DNA of 64,000 nt, taken from assembly GCA_004431415.1 (NCBI GenBank), contig QPMI01000256.1:1-64000 (forward strand). Reading direction: 5' to 3'. The notes below the pieces were generated by a model. It was not told where the DNA came from, did no database searches, and saw only the letters and a program-made list of their open reading frames with translations. Made by a program: the position numbers and the translations under genes. The DNA is from Cyanophora paradoxa CCMP329 (lineage: Eukaryota; Plantae; Glaucophyta). Position 1 is the stretch's first letter; each line of letters opens with the position of its first letter. Positions 1-12,795 of this stretch are shown here, in pieces.

Positions 1-440
1 TCCGCGGCCCTTTGCATTGGTCCGCCGCGTTGAGATCGCTGCACTGCGGCAACTCGGGCGACGCCGTGACGTGCAACGCGCCTCTGATGCGAGTGTTCCT
101 CCGGCCCGGCAGACCTGGACCACCCGGGGGTCTCCGCCGAGTACCTCTACCAGTCGCAGTCCACCATCTCGACACTCTACTGCCACGCTCCCCGCTCGAG
201 CAGTGCGCGGCGTCGACACGCTTAACTATAGGCCGATGCAATCGAATCGGTAGGATCCCGGAACTGATCGCGGGCTTCTAATTCGACTTCGCTCTGCGCA
301 GCCACCACGGGGCGAGGGCGCTCGCCCTCCTGCAGCAAAAGGGCTGCGCGATCACCGGCGCCGTCGATCCGATACAGCGGAGGGCGCTGCACGCGGTGCG
401 CGCGCCCGGCCCGGCCCGCGCTGTTCACGTCTGCGACATC

Positions 441-720
441 GAAATTCGGGCCCATCGATCACGACGTCGCCATCGATATCTAGTCGAGAGATAAATTGGG
501 CGGTGTGAAACTCCTAGCAGTTGTTGTTGTTGTGTGCTACAGAGCGGGACCAATCTAGATCTGTTCGCTCTAGATTCGGAAATTCGACTTCGCTCTGTTC
601 GCGTTTAGATCTACTATAGCTGCTTAGAAATTCGGACCCGTCGATCGCGACGTCGATGGCGATATCTAGTCGGAGAGATGAATTGGGCGATGTGAAACTC
701 CTAGCTAGTAATTGTTGTGA
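441..720. repeat. Diverged direct repeat, two ~90-bp units (441-530 and 627-720)
   Basis: gaaattcgg.ccc.tcgatc.cgacgtcg...gatatctagtcg.agagat.aattgggcg.tgtgaaactcctagc occurs twice; ttcgacttcgctctg also recurs at ~282 and ~583. Confidence 0.8.
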
Positions 721-1744
721 GCTAATGCAAATCGTTTCCGACGTCGCTGACGCTTTGGATACGCGCGCAGTTCATTGTGGATTGCATCCTGGCGACCGAC
801 GTCGGCCCCGTCGAGAGCCCGGGCGGCGGCGCCGGCGCCGGGCCCGGCGGACGGGGAGACAACTACAGCTGGCGGAGCAGGGGCTCGATCTGCTCTGAAG
901 CGGGGACGTGAGCTTGAGCGTGAAGTCTGGGCTCGCGGCGACCCTCAGACCCGAGCCGGAGGCGAGCGCTAGCTGCACGCCCGCCGCGGCGCTGATGCGG
1001 TGCGCGCACTACGGGGCGGCCGCGCGGACCTTCGAGCACAGCCGGCAATGGGCGGCCCTCGAGAGGGTGCGATCAATATTGATGATGAAGCCGGCTTATA
1101 ATTGATTCGCGCAAATTAAACCTCGCGCAGCAAGAGCGGCTGGAGGAAGGGCGCCTCTTGGATGAGATCGGCGCTATGGTGAGTGGGTTATGGCCATGGT
1201 CAGATCTAGAGAAAGGTGGACCCGAATAAGGGCACGGGCGCGCGGGGCCGCGGTCGGGCCGGCCGCAGGCGCCTAGCCGACTTTTTTCGCAGGTGCCGGA
1301 CGGATACACTGAGACTGACGAGTCGGACGGCGGGCTGGCGTCAATGCAGGTGAGCAGTGTTAATTATAAGATTTTGGATTTCAGTTCGACCCGTACGTAT
1401 TCGTTAACGTTCGAACTCGGCCCCCGCGTAGGTCGCGTTGCTGTCCCACGGCGCCCTTCCCGCCTTCGAATCCGCCAAGGCCCTTCTATGCTCACCGGTC
1501 CGGCCCCCCCCCCCCCCCCCAGCCCCTTCCCCTTGGCCTTCGCCGAGCTCGCTGCTGTCCGCTCCGGGCCGCCATATTTATTTTAAGCCGACCCCTCTAA
1601 CAGGTGATGGAGATCCCCCTGGCCGCCGTGCGCCGGAACCTGGACGCCTGGACCGTGCTTCGAGAAGCACAGCTCAAGGGCTAGATCTAGAGCTTATCGA
1701 GTCTAGATTTGTAGCTGGATGGCTCCCATGGACAAGATCGCAAT

Positions 1745-2320
1745 CGTAGAGTTTTATAAGCTGAAGCCCCCATTTCCACCGTAGAGTTTTATAAGCTTAA
1801 GCCCTTAAGCTTTAAAAGATTAAGCCAGGTCGCATCCCATTTCGATTCATGCATGCTCGCTTATACAGCCGGCGCCACAGATAGCGAGCGCAGCCGGCGA
1901 CATCTACAGTAAGATTGAGATTTGTTGCGCAGTTCACATTTGCTTCACGTGCACGTACTCTCGGCTCCTTTGATTTGTGCTTACTAGTACTTTGCTGTCT
2001 TTGTTTTTCAATAGTTGTTTACTAGTACTTTGCTGGCTTTAAATAGTACTTTGCTGTCTTTTGATAGAACTACCTAAGGGGGATTCGCCCCGCGGTAGTC
2101 TCTCAAAAACAAATCTTGAATCACTGAGTCATGATTGAATTCGAGTAAATTCACCATATTAATCGAGTTTTCTGTTAAAAGATCTAGATTATATAACTAT
2201 TGCAGTTGCACTGCGCAGTGCAAGCGAACATCCCACTGGGCCATGGCCACTCGCCACTGGGGGCACGGCTTGTAACTCGCCACTGGGGTTTAATCACTGG
2301 GGGTTAATCGCCACTGGAGC
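1745..2320. repeat. Cluster of short tandem repeats in an AT-richer intergenic region
   Basis: cgtagagttttataagct x2 (~1745-1798), tagtactttgctg x3 (~1986-2056), (g)ccactggg x5 (~2233-2318). Confidence 0.7.
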
Positions 2321-2579
2321 GAATTCGAACTCGAAGTTCCCCCGGCTATCACGAACCGTTGAACTCGAAACTCGAAGCTGATTAATGATCACAGAATATG
2401 ATCATGAACGAGTTCAAGTTCATGATCAACGGGCCGGGAAGGACGGAGGCCTAAAAAACCGTTTAATTTGCTCGCATAGGCCCAGCGGCAACGGCCTGAC
2501 CGTCTGGGTCCGACTCTGGGACGACGCCGTGTGACGGCCTCGAGCTCGGGGCTGGCCGACAGTACAGATTTAGAGGGGT

Positions 2580-4901
2580 TTAAGCGGATGTGCGTGCGGC
2601 GGGAGGAGCGGCGGAGGGGCCCCTCGCGGCCCCCGCCCTCCCACGCCTCGCGCCCCGGGGCGGTCGCCGCGAGGGTCGCCCCCTCGAAGTCGAACACGAC
2701 GAGGCGCCCGCCGGCGCTCCCCAGCACCTGCCCCCCGCCCGCGCCCCAGCCCCGCTCCGTCCCGGGCGTGGCGCCGCTCGGAGCTCGAGGACGGGCGGGA
2801 GCACCAGAAAGCAGTCAGAGACGGCGAAGCGCGAAACGGCGTCTGTCTGCGCCCTGCCCGCCCCGCACGCCCCTAAGCGAGGCCCCGAGGCCGGCAATGG
2901 CAAGCGGGTGCGGGGCGGGCCCGAGGGTGGCGGCGAGCTCGCCGGTGGCGGCGCGCCAGACGCCGACCGTGTCCCGCATCGACGCCACCAGCACCTTCCC
3001 CTGCGCCCCGCCGCCCCGAGCTCGCGGCGGGGCCCTGCGGCGCGGGGCCGGGCTTGGGCTGCGCGGGGGCCCCGCACGGCGTCGGCGTGCAGGCTCGAGA
3101 CGGGGTCGCCGTGCACCTGCAGGGGGCCCCACGCGCCCGCAGCGTCCCTCGCGTTCCCCCGGGCAGGTCGAGGCGAGGGGCGGCGCCGGCGGCGCACCAG
3201 GGTGTGGAGGATGGCCGGCGCCCCGGCGCCGCTCGCGTCGAAGAGCTTGCACGTACTGCGACGGCGGTCGGCGCTGAGAGCAGCGGGGGAGAGAGGGCGG
3301 CTCGGAGCGGCACCCGTCGTCGCCGCCGCTGGCCACGAGGTCGCCGGCGATCTGCCGCCGCGGGCAGCGCGCATCTCGGGGACAGAGAGGGCGGCGGCAG
3401 AGGGAGATAGGGCGGCGGCAGAGGGGGAGAGGGCGTGCGCACGGCGAGGCTGCGGACGTGGGCGGCGCCGGGGAGGGCGAGGCGCTCGCTGTCCGGGTGG
3501 CGCCAGTGGCGGCGCCCCCCGTAGTGCTCCGCCTCGCCCAGCCGGCGCAGCTCCAGCGCCGGCCGCCCGCCCCCCGCCGCCTCGCCCCGCCCCTCGTCCC
3601 GCGCGTAGACAGAGACGCGCCCCGAGCCGCCGCTGCTGACGGCCACCAGGCGCCGGCCCAGCGCCGCCGCCGTCAGCGGCGCCCCCGCCAGGCCACTGCG
3701 CCGCGAGAGCTCAGAGGGAGGGCGGGGGGCGGGGGCGGGGGTGGGGCTGGGACCCGACGGGGGTGGAGGAGGCGCGGGTGAGGCGGGGGCGGCGGGGGGG
3801 GCCCTCCTCGGCGTACTCTAGGCGCACGAGAGCGGCGTCGTTCGTCACCGCCTCCACGCAGCCCCCGCCCGCCCGCGCCGCCAGCACCGCCCGCCCCACC
3901 GAGCACACCGCCAGCTCCTCCCCGCCCGGCACGCCCCACACCTGCCCCCGCCCCCCCATCGCCGCCGGCCGGCGGCGCGAGAGGACGGGGAGGCGCGCCT
4001 TGATGTCGCCGTCCCAGCCGCATGAGAGGAGGCGCGTGCAGCGGGGGCGGTCGAGGAAGAGGAGCTCGCTGCAGCGCTTGTGTCGGTGGCCCCGCAGCAC
4101 CTGCCGGCGGCGCGCCCCAGCGCCTCAGCACCGCTGCGCCGCGCCCCGCTGCGCCCCGCCCCTGCCGGCGCGCCTGGACAAGGTCGCCCGGCCGCCCCCC
4201 GCCCTCCTCGCCGGCGCGGAGGGCAAAGAGCTTGAGACCGCCGTTCTCGGAGCCCACCGCCGCGTACCGCTCTGCCGGCGCGCAGGCGCGGGTGATCACG
4301 AGGGGCGCGCCCTCCTGGGCCTCCGCCGCGGCCGAGCGCCGGGGCGGCTCCGAGCGCGGGCGGACCGGCGTCGTCGATGGCGATCGCGGTGATGGCGCTG
4401 CCGATGGAGCCACGGAACCCCCGCGCCTCGTACACGCCCTCCAAGAAGTGCCTCTCCACCACAGCCTTCCGCCCGTACGCCTCCCGCCACCCGCCCCCGT
4501 CCTGCCGCGCGGAGTGTCATTGCCATGGCAGCACAGCGTACGCGCGCGCACGTATGCGCTGCTCGAGCTCGAGCCCCGGCCGCGGGCGCGTCCCCACGAA
4601 CCTCTATCAGTCGCGCCAGGCTGGCCTGTGCTTCGTGCAGCGGGAAGCGACGCACGTACGCGCGTTTCCACGCTTCTGCAGCCCCGTACACGAGGTCCCG
4701 CAGGCGCGTGCACGCCAGGGCGAGCGCCACGAGGTCCGGCCCGTCCAGTGACATTAGGATCAAGCTCATCAGCGCATCGGGAAGCATCTCGAGCCCGTCT
4801 CGAGCGGCGCCTTGAGCTGCCGGGTCCTCCATCCCGTTCGCGGCCGCAGTTGGCACCGGAGCAGCGCGGCGCCTGCGCTTCTGGGCGCCGCCGCCCACCA
4901 T
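2580..4901 (-). CDS. F-box/WD40-repeat protein (multi-exon; 3' end approximate, 2580 or 2389)
   Basis: N-terminal F-box LEMLPDALMSLILMSLDGPDLVALALACTRLRDLV..W, then WD-like exons AAVGSENGGLKLF, LRGHRHK..LLSCGWDGDIK|VW, LVASGGDDG, ASMRDTVGVW, GSAGGRLVVFDF. Confidence 0.75.
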
Positions 4902-5037
4902 GGCGCTAGGAGGAACCTGCTTGACGCGATGCTACGCGTACGCGTCGCTTATCGGGAGGAACTTGTGAGAGGCGGCCCTCCCGGAAAGCGCCCAAGAGGA
5001 CGAGCGCTGTACCCGGACAGCATCAGTTCCCCCCAAG

Positions 5038-6127
5038 ATGGTGCTTCTTCCGGCGCGATCGCACGCGCCCGGCTGAGCGGCGCGCAGGGAAAGGCCAAGA
5101 AGACGAAGAAGTTTGCTGCGGTAAAGCGCATGCTGAACCCCAAGGACGAGCGGCTGTGCGCCCGCCCGGCTGCGCCCCGGAGCCGTAGCTAAGCGTCTCC
5201 CGCACGCTCAGAAAGACGAAGGAGCAGCGCGAGCAGGAGCAGAAGAAGAAGGAGGAGTCGAAAGTCCGGCACCTGTGCGCGCCCCGATCTAGCACCCGGC
5301 GGCGCTCCCGCAGGCCGCGGCGGCGCCCGGATCGACCCTGCTGACGGGCGCGCGTACGCTGGTGCACCCCGCAGAGCGCCGGTGGACTCGAAGATGTTCT
5401 TCGCATACAACACGGCGCTGGGCCCGCCCTACCAGGTCCTCCTTGACACGAACTTCATCAACTTCTCGATCCAGAACAAGCTCGACGTCATGAAGGCGAT
5501 GATGGACTGCCTGTACGCGAAGTGTGCGTGGCGGCAGCGCGATCGCCCGCTGCCTGGGGCGCCGTCGGGGCGCCGGCGCGGGGGTGCGGGGCGCTGAGGC
5601 GGGGCGCGCAGGCATACCGATGATCACGGACTGCGTGATGGCGGAGCTCGAGAAGCTGGGACCCAAGTATCGCGTCGCCCTGAGGTCCGGAAGTCGGCGG
5701 CGGGCGGGGCGCCGGCGCGGGGGAGGCAGGGGCGGGGGCGCTGAGCGGGGCGGGGGGGCGGGGGCAGGGTGGCGAAAGACCCGCGGATCGAACGGCTGCC
5801 GTGCTCGCACAAGGGCACGTACGCCGACGACTGCCTCGTGCAGCGAGTCCAGCAGGCGCGCGCCGCCGCGCGCCGGCCGCGCGCGCGGGGGCGCTGAGGC
5901 GGGGGCGCAGCACAAGTGCTACATCGTGGCGACGTGCGACAAGGACCTGAAGCGGCGCATCCGCAAGGTGCCCGGCGTCCCCATCATGTACATCTCCGCC
6001 CACAAGTACTCCATCGAGCGCATGCCCATAGAGGCCCTCGGCGGTGCGCCCCGGGGCCCGCCGCCCCGGCCCCTCTTCGATACCCATCCCGCGTCTCACG
6101 CCGTCGCACGCAGCGCCGAAGACGTGA
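5038..6127 (+). CDS. FCF1: rRNA-processing PIN-domain protein FCF1/Utp24 (8 exons)
   Basis: Spliced: [24 protein letters not shown]...[30 protein letters not shown]...[17 protein letters not shown]...[38 protein letters not shown]...EALGAPKT*. Seven introns, one GC-AG, the first directly after the ATG. Confidence 0.97.
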
Positions 6128-6814
6128 GGGCGCGGCAGCGCTCGGTTGCGGCGTGGAACTAGGCAGGGTATGGCACAGCAGCGTAGGTACGGTAGCCGGC
6201 GTAGCTAGGAGCTTCAGAATCGCAGACGATACGAAACCGCGATCTCGGAACGCGTCGGCAGCCGCTCAGCCGCTGAGAACCGTTTACTGGCGTGCGTGGC
6301 CCGCTTTCCCCTGCCCCCTTGCATCGTCCCACTTTCCCTGCGGCTTTCGGGGTGGCCCCCTCTTGATTTGCGTTCCGGTGATGCTATGTTCTCTACCTTC
6401 GCGAACCGAGCGATTCATGATGGATTCTCAAAAAGCGGTGCCTCGCGCACCCTGAGGAACGTACTTTCTCAAGCTTCCTCATTCTTTCGGCCCGGCGGGG
6501 CTTCTCCCTCTCGCCCGTTACAGCTTTGGCCAGGGCGTGTATGCGTAAGCTCCAGGGCGATCTTGAGCACTGGACTCGAAAAGCCGGCGCCTGCCTCGTT
6601 GGAGTCGGATTCGCGACCCGCCGCCGGGCCAGCGCCGCAGGGCGCAGTCATCAGGAGGCGATCCCGCCGTCGCGCCCTCTGATGCAGCTAGCTGTAGGCA
6701 CAGCTCAAGCAAGCAAAGCATCCCGAGCCGCCGAGCTTGCTCTATTGCAGCGTGCGCGTGACCCGAGGCAGGCACTCCGAAGGCGCTTGAAAGAATGGGG
6801 GGGTCTGGTGGGGG

Positions 6815-7821
6815 CTAGTCGTCGGGTGTGGGGCTCGCGCTCGGCGTCGCCTTGTCTGCCTTGCGCTCCCGCGTGTCCAGCTGCGCCGGCGGCCGCCGGG
6901 CGCGTGGGCGGCGGGGCGCGGGGCGGCGCGGGGCGGGTCGGCGGGGGCGCACGACCAAGGTGACGGGGCCGTCGTTGACGAGGTGCACGTTCATCATGGC
7001 GCCTGCCGGGCGTCGCAGGCCGGTGACGCGCTGCCGCAGCGCACCCCCAGCTTGCGAGAGCGCCCCGCGCACCGAACACGCCGTCCTTGATCAGCTCCGG
7101 CCGGTACGCCCGCCCCAGGTCCTGCACGCCGCCCCGCCGCTCGCCTCCGCGCGGGGCCGGGCGAGGAGGCGCTGAGCGGGGCGGCGGGGGTCGCACCTCG
7201 ACGAACTTTGTGTAGAAGGCCTTGGCGCGCTCCGTCCCCATCGCGTACCGGAAGTCCGGCTGCCCCGCCCCGGCCCTCCCCGTCAGCCCGCCCCGCCGCC
7301 GTCACCGATGGGGCCCCCGGCCATCGCGTACCTTGTTCTTCTTGCAGTCGCCGTAGAGCGTGAAGTTGCTCACTGCGCGCGCGGCCCGCTTGGCGGCCCG
7401 CCGGCCTCGCGCTCGCAGGCCTAGCTATATGGGGCCCCTGCGCTCACCAACGAGGATCTCCAGGCCAAGGTCAGTGACGCTCTTCGTCCACGGCTTGCCC
7501 CCCTCGTCGCTGAAGACTCGGATACTCAGCAGCTTCTTCAGGATGTACGCTGCATCCTCCTCCTTGTCCTGCTCGTGCACGCTGCGACGCGAACGCGCCG
7601 CGAACGCGCGATCATGAGCCGGCGACAGTTCTCAAGCTGCGAGCGCACCCGACCAAGACCATTAGGCCGCGGCCGATCTCAGCCGGTGGCTTCTCCGCGC
7701 AGACCACTGACGCCTGTGCGACGCGCTGGATAATGGCCCGCTGCGCCGCTCGCTTAGCTGCAGTCTGTGCGGATCCGGATTCCGGAGCGGACAGCGCGTG
7801 CGGGAGCGCGGAGGTCACCAT
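6815..7821 (-). CDS. DTD1: D-aminoacyl-tRNA deacylase (multi-exon)
   Basis: M|RAIIQRVAQASV...IGRGLMVLVG...SNFTLYGDCKKNK.PDF..AM...DGVFGAMMNVHLVNDGPVT; carries the SxFTL and Gly-Pro (NDGPVT) motifs. Confidence 0.95.
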
Positions 7822-8134
7822 TCGGCAAGCGTGGAGCGCCTCGGCTTCTGCGCGGATCTAGCTACTGGGGAGTTTCGATTGCGAGTGCGTTCGCCGGTGC
7901 TATGGAGCCTATGGCTAATCGCTCGTGCGGCAGGTTTTTTTCGCGCGCGGGTGGGGGGAGGGAACCAAGCAGGGGTAAGGCCTGCCAACTGCGATCGCCT
8001 GGGAAGCAGGGTTCTCGCCGTTCTTCCTCGCCGCCGCCCGCCGGAAAGCATACAAAACTGACGGGCAGCTCGAAAAACGTGGAGTTGATGCTCGAAACGA
8101 CGAGCGCCCCCTCGAACTAGCTGCGGCATTAGCT

Positions 8135-9808
8135 ATGCAGGGGATTCCAACGTTCCATCCTACCGAAGAAGAATTCGCATCGTTTGATGCGTACCTCAAG
8201 CACATCGAGACGACGGCCGGCCGGGTCGGCCTCGCCAAGATTGTGCCGCCAAAGTCATGGAAACCGCGGGCAAACATGGAGGAGATCCCGTGGAGCCTGG
8301 TGCGCCCGGTCGCGGAGAATCGACCGATGTCGCCGGGTGCTGACACGACCGGCGGGGATCTTTTCCCGGTCGTTTCCGTCCGCAGATGGTGAAGAGGCCG
8401 ATAAGACAGCACGCATCGGGCAAGAACGGCGTGTACTACTTCACGCATCTGGAGTCGAAGTCCCTGACGTTGGCGGCGTTCCGGGAGAACGCGATGCGGA
8501 AAGAGGCGATGCCGCCGGATCCAAACGAGAGCATCGAAGGACTCTCGGTACGCGCCCCCGCCCCGGCCCGATCCTCCGCGGTCGGCCCCGTGACACGGCG
8601 GTCCGCGGGGCAGCGGCGGTTTTGGAAGATGGTGCGGTTCGGCTCGCCGATGTACGGCGCAGACACCCCGGGCACCCTCTTCGACTCGACCGCTGGCGAC
8701 GTGCGGCCTCCCGCGCCCGCCCCCGCGCCCCCGCTGACCAAGGGCGGGGCGGCAGTGGAACCTGCCCGAGCTGCCGAACCTCCTGACGCTGAAGATCGTG
8801 CCCAAGATCCCCGGGGTGAACACGCCGTTCCTGTACGTGGGTATGTGGCGAGCGAGCTTCTGCATCCACACCGAGGACTGCGACCTCTACTCCATCAACT
8901 ACCTCCATTTCGGTGCGCACCGCGGGGCCCGCTCGCCGCCGCCGCCCCGGCCCCGCCCCGCCCCAGGCCGCCGCCCGACGGCCGCGGCGCAGGGGCGCCG
9001 AAGGTGTGGTACGCCGTGAGCCCGAACCACGCGGACAAGCTGGAGGCGCTCGCCAAGATCCTTTTCCCCGAGCAGGCCAAGGAGTGCAAGCAGGTGCCTG
9101 TGGGGCGTCGGTGCGGGGAGGCGCGGGGCGATTGGCGGGGGCGGGCTGACGGGGCGGGGGGCCCTGGGGGGGCAGTTCATGCGGCACAAGATGTGCATGA
9201 TCGACCCGGCGATCCTGCTGCAGCACGGCATCCCCGTGTACAACGGCGTGCAGCACGCGAACGAGTTCGTGGTGAACTTCCCGCGGGCGTACCACTGCGG
9301 GTTCAACACGGGCTTCAACTGCGCGGAGTCGGTCAACTTCGCGACGGAGAAGTGGATCGCCTTCGGCAAGGCGGCGCGCCCCTGCCTCTGCAAGGGCGAC
9401 ACCGTCCGCATCGACGCCTCCTGGTTCGAGGGGCCCGTGCCCGGCGCCGGCGCCGACGGCGCGCCCCTCGTCCCCCTCGTCGCCGGCGAGCGCGCCATGG
9501 CCGGCTGGGCCGACAAGCCCGCCTCCAAGCCCGAGGAGGGCGCTGCGCCGGGGGGCGGCAACCTGGCGGCGGTGGCGGCGGCGGCGGCGGCGGCGGCGGA
9601 GGCGTCGCGGACAGTGTGGTCGGCGTGCGACCGGTGCTCGAAGTGGCGGCGGCTGCCGGCGGGGATGCACGTCTCGGAGGGGGCCCCCTTCGACTGCACC
9701 GCCCTCCCCGGCATCACCTGCGACGTCCCCGAGGACCCCTGGGACGACGACGAGGAGGAGACCGTCGCCGAGACCGCCGCCGCCACCAAGCGCAAGCGCG
9801 CCCAGCAG

Positions 9809-9843
<35 letters not shown>

Positions 9844-12795
9844 TACCGCCGCCGCGAGCGCCGCCGCCGCCGCCGCTGCCCCGCCGGGCCAGAAGCGGAG
9901 CAGGAGCGGGAGCGAGGGGCAGGAGAAGCCCGGCAAGGCCTCGAAGTCCTCCAAGGCCGCGGCGGCGTCCGCCGGCGGGCCCAAGTCGGCTTCGGGGGCA
10001 GGGAAGGGCGGGGCGGGGAGCCAGGCGTTCGTGCTGGCGGTTGCACCGCGGCTCCCCGGGCGGGAGGCTCCCGACGTGCTGCACCCCGTTGCCCAGCCCC
10101 TCGCCCCCGCCCCCGCCCTCCCCGCCCCGTTCCTCCCGGTGCCCCCCGGGGCGGCCCCGGCGCTGCCGGGCCCCGGGGTCGTGGCCGGCACGGGGGCGGC
10201 GCCGCCGGCGGAGGGGGCGCCGGTGACGTTCGTGGAGGACAAGTGGGCGCAGTGCGACCGGTGCGAGAAGTGGCGGCGGCTGCCGCCCGGGATGGTTGTC
10301 GGCGAGAACGAGGCCTTCCTCTGCATCTCCCTCCCCAGCGTGCGCCCGCCCGGCCCCCTCCCGCCCCGCCCCGCGCCGGGGGATGACGGAGCGGCAGTTC
10401 TCGTGCGAGGCGCCGGAGGAGAAGTGGGACGAGGCGTCGGAGCCCGTGCTGCCCACCGACGGGACCCTCCCCGCCGCCCTCGCCGCCGCCATCCTGCCCC
10501 CGGGCCACGGCCCGCCCCGGCAAGAAGGGCGGCCGCGGGGCCCGCCGCGCCACGGCGGCGGCGCCAGGCCCGCGGGGGACGAGAACCCGTACGCGCGGCC
10601 CAAGTTCTCCATCTCGGTGACCTCGTCGCGCGCCGCGGCGGCGGCGGCGGCGAGCGGCCCGGGGCTCCCCGGCGCCCCCGTCGCCGGCCTCGCGCTGCCG
10701 GAGCCGGCGCCGGCGCGCAAGGCCTCCAAGAAGCGGCCCCCGCGGCGGCGCAGCGAGGGCGAGGGGAGGAGAGCGGGGGCGAGGAGGCGGGGGCGGGGCG
10801 GGGCGGGGCGGGCAGGCGGGGCGGCCGAGCGGGGAGGGCCCGGACGAGGAGGAGGACGTGGAGGACATTGTCGGCTCCGGGGACGACAGGTGCCGTCCCG
10901 CCCGCGTCCCGCCCCGCCCCGCCCCGGCGCTGAGGGCGGCGCAGCGGGGACGAGGACTACGACGAGGGGCGGGGGGCGGCGACCCGAGCGGCCCCCGCGG
11001 CGCGCGAGGCGGCCCCGGCAGCGGCGCCCCAGCGACGAGGCCGGCAGCGGCGGCGACGAGGAGGGCGCCGAGGGCCACGGCTCCAGTGGCCGCTCCAGCG
11101 GCGGCGAGGGCGGCGAGGGGCCCCGGCGGCCTCGCCCGGGGCCGGCTCGGATCGCTTCCCCGCCGGGGGCCTCTCCTCCGGGCCCCCCAAGAAGAAGGCG
11201 AGCGCCGGCGTACCTCTGAAGAAGCGCAAGCCGGCGGCGCCCCTCTCGCCGGCCCCCGCCCCGCCCTTGGCACACGGGCCTCCCCGAGGGGCCCCGCCCC
11301 TGCCGCCCGGACGCTTGGCGCCGGCCCCGGCGCCCCGGCGGCGGCGAGCGCCAATCGCCCGCCGGCGCCCCAGCCCGTGCAGCCGCAGCCGCAGCAACAA
11401 CCGGCGCCTCTGCAGCCGCCGCAGCAGCGTCCGCAGCCGCCGGCCCCGGGTGCCCCCGTCGCGCTGCCGGGCGCCCCGATGGCGATGGGGAACGGGATGC
11501 GGGCGCCCATGCCGGCGGCCCCCATGGCGGTCGCCCCCGGGGGCGTTCGGCAAGGGTACCCGCAGGCGCCGGGCGGCCCGGCCCCGTCGGCGGCGGCGGT
11601 GGCGGGGCGGCCCGTGATGCTGAGCGGGCCCATGATGCCCCTCGTGTCGGGCCCCGGCAGTGCCCCCGACGGCATGTACGGCTTGCGACCCGGTCCGCAG
11701 CCCGGCGGCATGGGTCCCGGCATGGCCGTCCCTGGGTACGGCCCCCCGCCGGACGGCCGCGGCGGCGGCTACGGGCAACGAGGGTACGACCCGATGGGGA
11801 CCCAGGGGATGGTCGGGCACCCGATGGGCCATCCCCACGGGCAGCATGGGTACGGCCACGCGCCTGGCCTCGCGCACGGCCAGCCGCAGTACCCCCAGGG
11901 CCAGCCGCAGTACCCCCAGGGCCAGCCGCAGTACCCCCAGGGCCAGCAGCAGTACCCCCAGGGCCAGCAGCAGTACCCCCCGGGGTCCATGCCGGGGCCG
12001 TCGATGGGGCACCTCCTCGGGCACCCGCACCCTGCGCTCTTCGGGCCGGGGCCCGGGTACGCGCAGGCGGTGGCGTCGCGAGGCCCGCCGGCGAGCATGG
12101 CCCCCTCGGGGGTCCTCCCCTCCATCTCCTCCCTCCTCGCCCCCCAGGCGCCGGCCCCCTCCATCTCCTCCCTCCTCGCCCCCCAGGCGCCGGCCCCCGC
12201 CAACCACCCCGCCCTCGCCTTCCCCCACCTCGCCCCGCAGCCGCAGCCCGGGCGCCTGCCCCACGCCCCGGCTGCCCCCTCCCAGGCCGCTCTCCAGGCC
12301 CCGCACCACGCCCCGCACCGCCAGCAGTACCCCTCTAACTTCCCCTCCCAGCCCGCCCCCGCGCCCCCGAGCCACCCCGCCGCTCCGCTCCCCATCAACT
12401 CGCCCTCTCTCCAGTACCCCCCGGCGCACGGCCCGCCGGCTCACATGCCGCCGCCGGCGGCCGCGCAGGAGCCCGAGCCGTACTTCCCCCCGCCCGAGGA
12501 GTCGGCGTCGCCCTCGCCCGAGCCGGCGACGCCCTCTCCTCCGCCCGAACCCGCCACGCCGGCCCCGAGGGAGCAGGCGGCGGAGGCGGGGCCCTCCCTC
12601 CAGCCCCTCGAGGGGTTCCCCGCTCCGCCCGAGCCAGCGGCGGGGGGCTCCGTTGCCCGCCCTCCCCCGCCCCCGCCCTCGGAGCACGCCCCGGCGCCGC
12701 TCGGTGACGGCGACCCGATGGACGTGAGTGGCGGGGGCAGCACAGGGGAGCCTCGCGCCACGGGCCCCTTTTCCTACGAGCCTTTCCCCCTCTAG
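8135..12795 (+). CDS. KDM4/JMJD2-like JmjN+JmjC histone demethylase with two zf-CW domains and a Pro/Gln/Gly-rich tail
   Basis: Jmj[19 protein letters not shown]...[11 protein letters not shown]. Jmj[41 protein letters not shown]...[20 protein letters not shown] with HxE...H intact. zf-[22 protein letters not shown] and [21 protein letters not shown]. Confidence 0.92.
11878..11982 (+). repeat. Coding 21-bp tandem repeat x5 ([14 protein letters not shown])
   Basis: ggccagc(c/a)gcagtacccccag repeated five times; a 39-bp duplication ([13 protein letters not shown] x2) follows at ~12118-12195. Confidence 0.9.
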
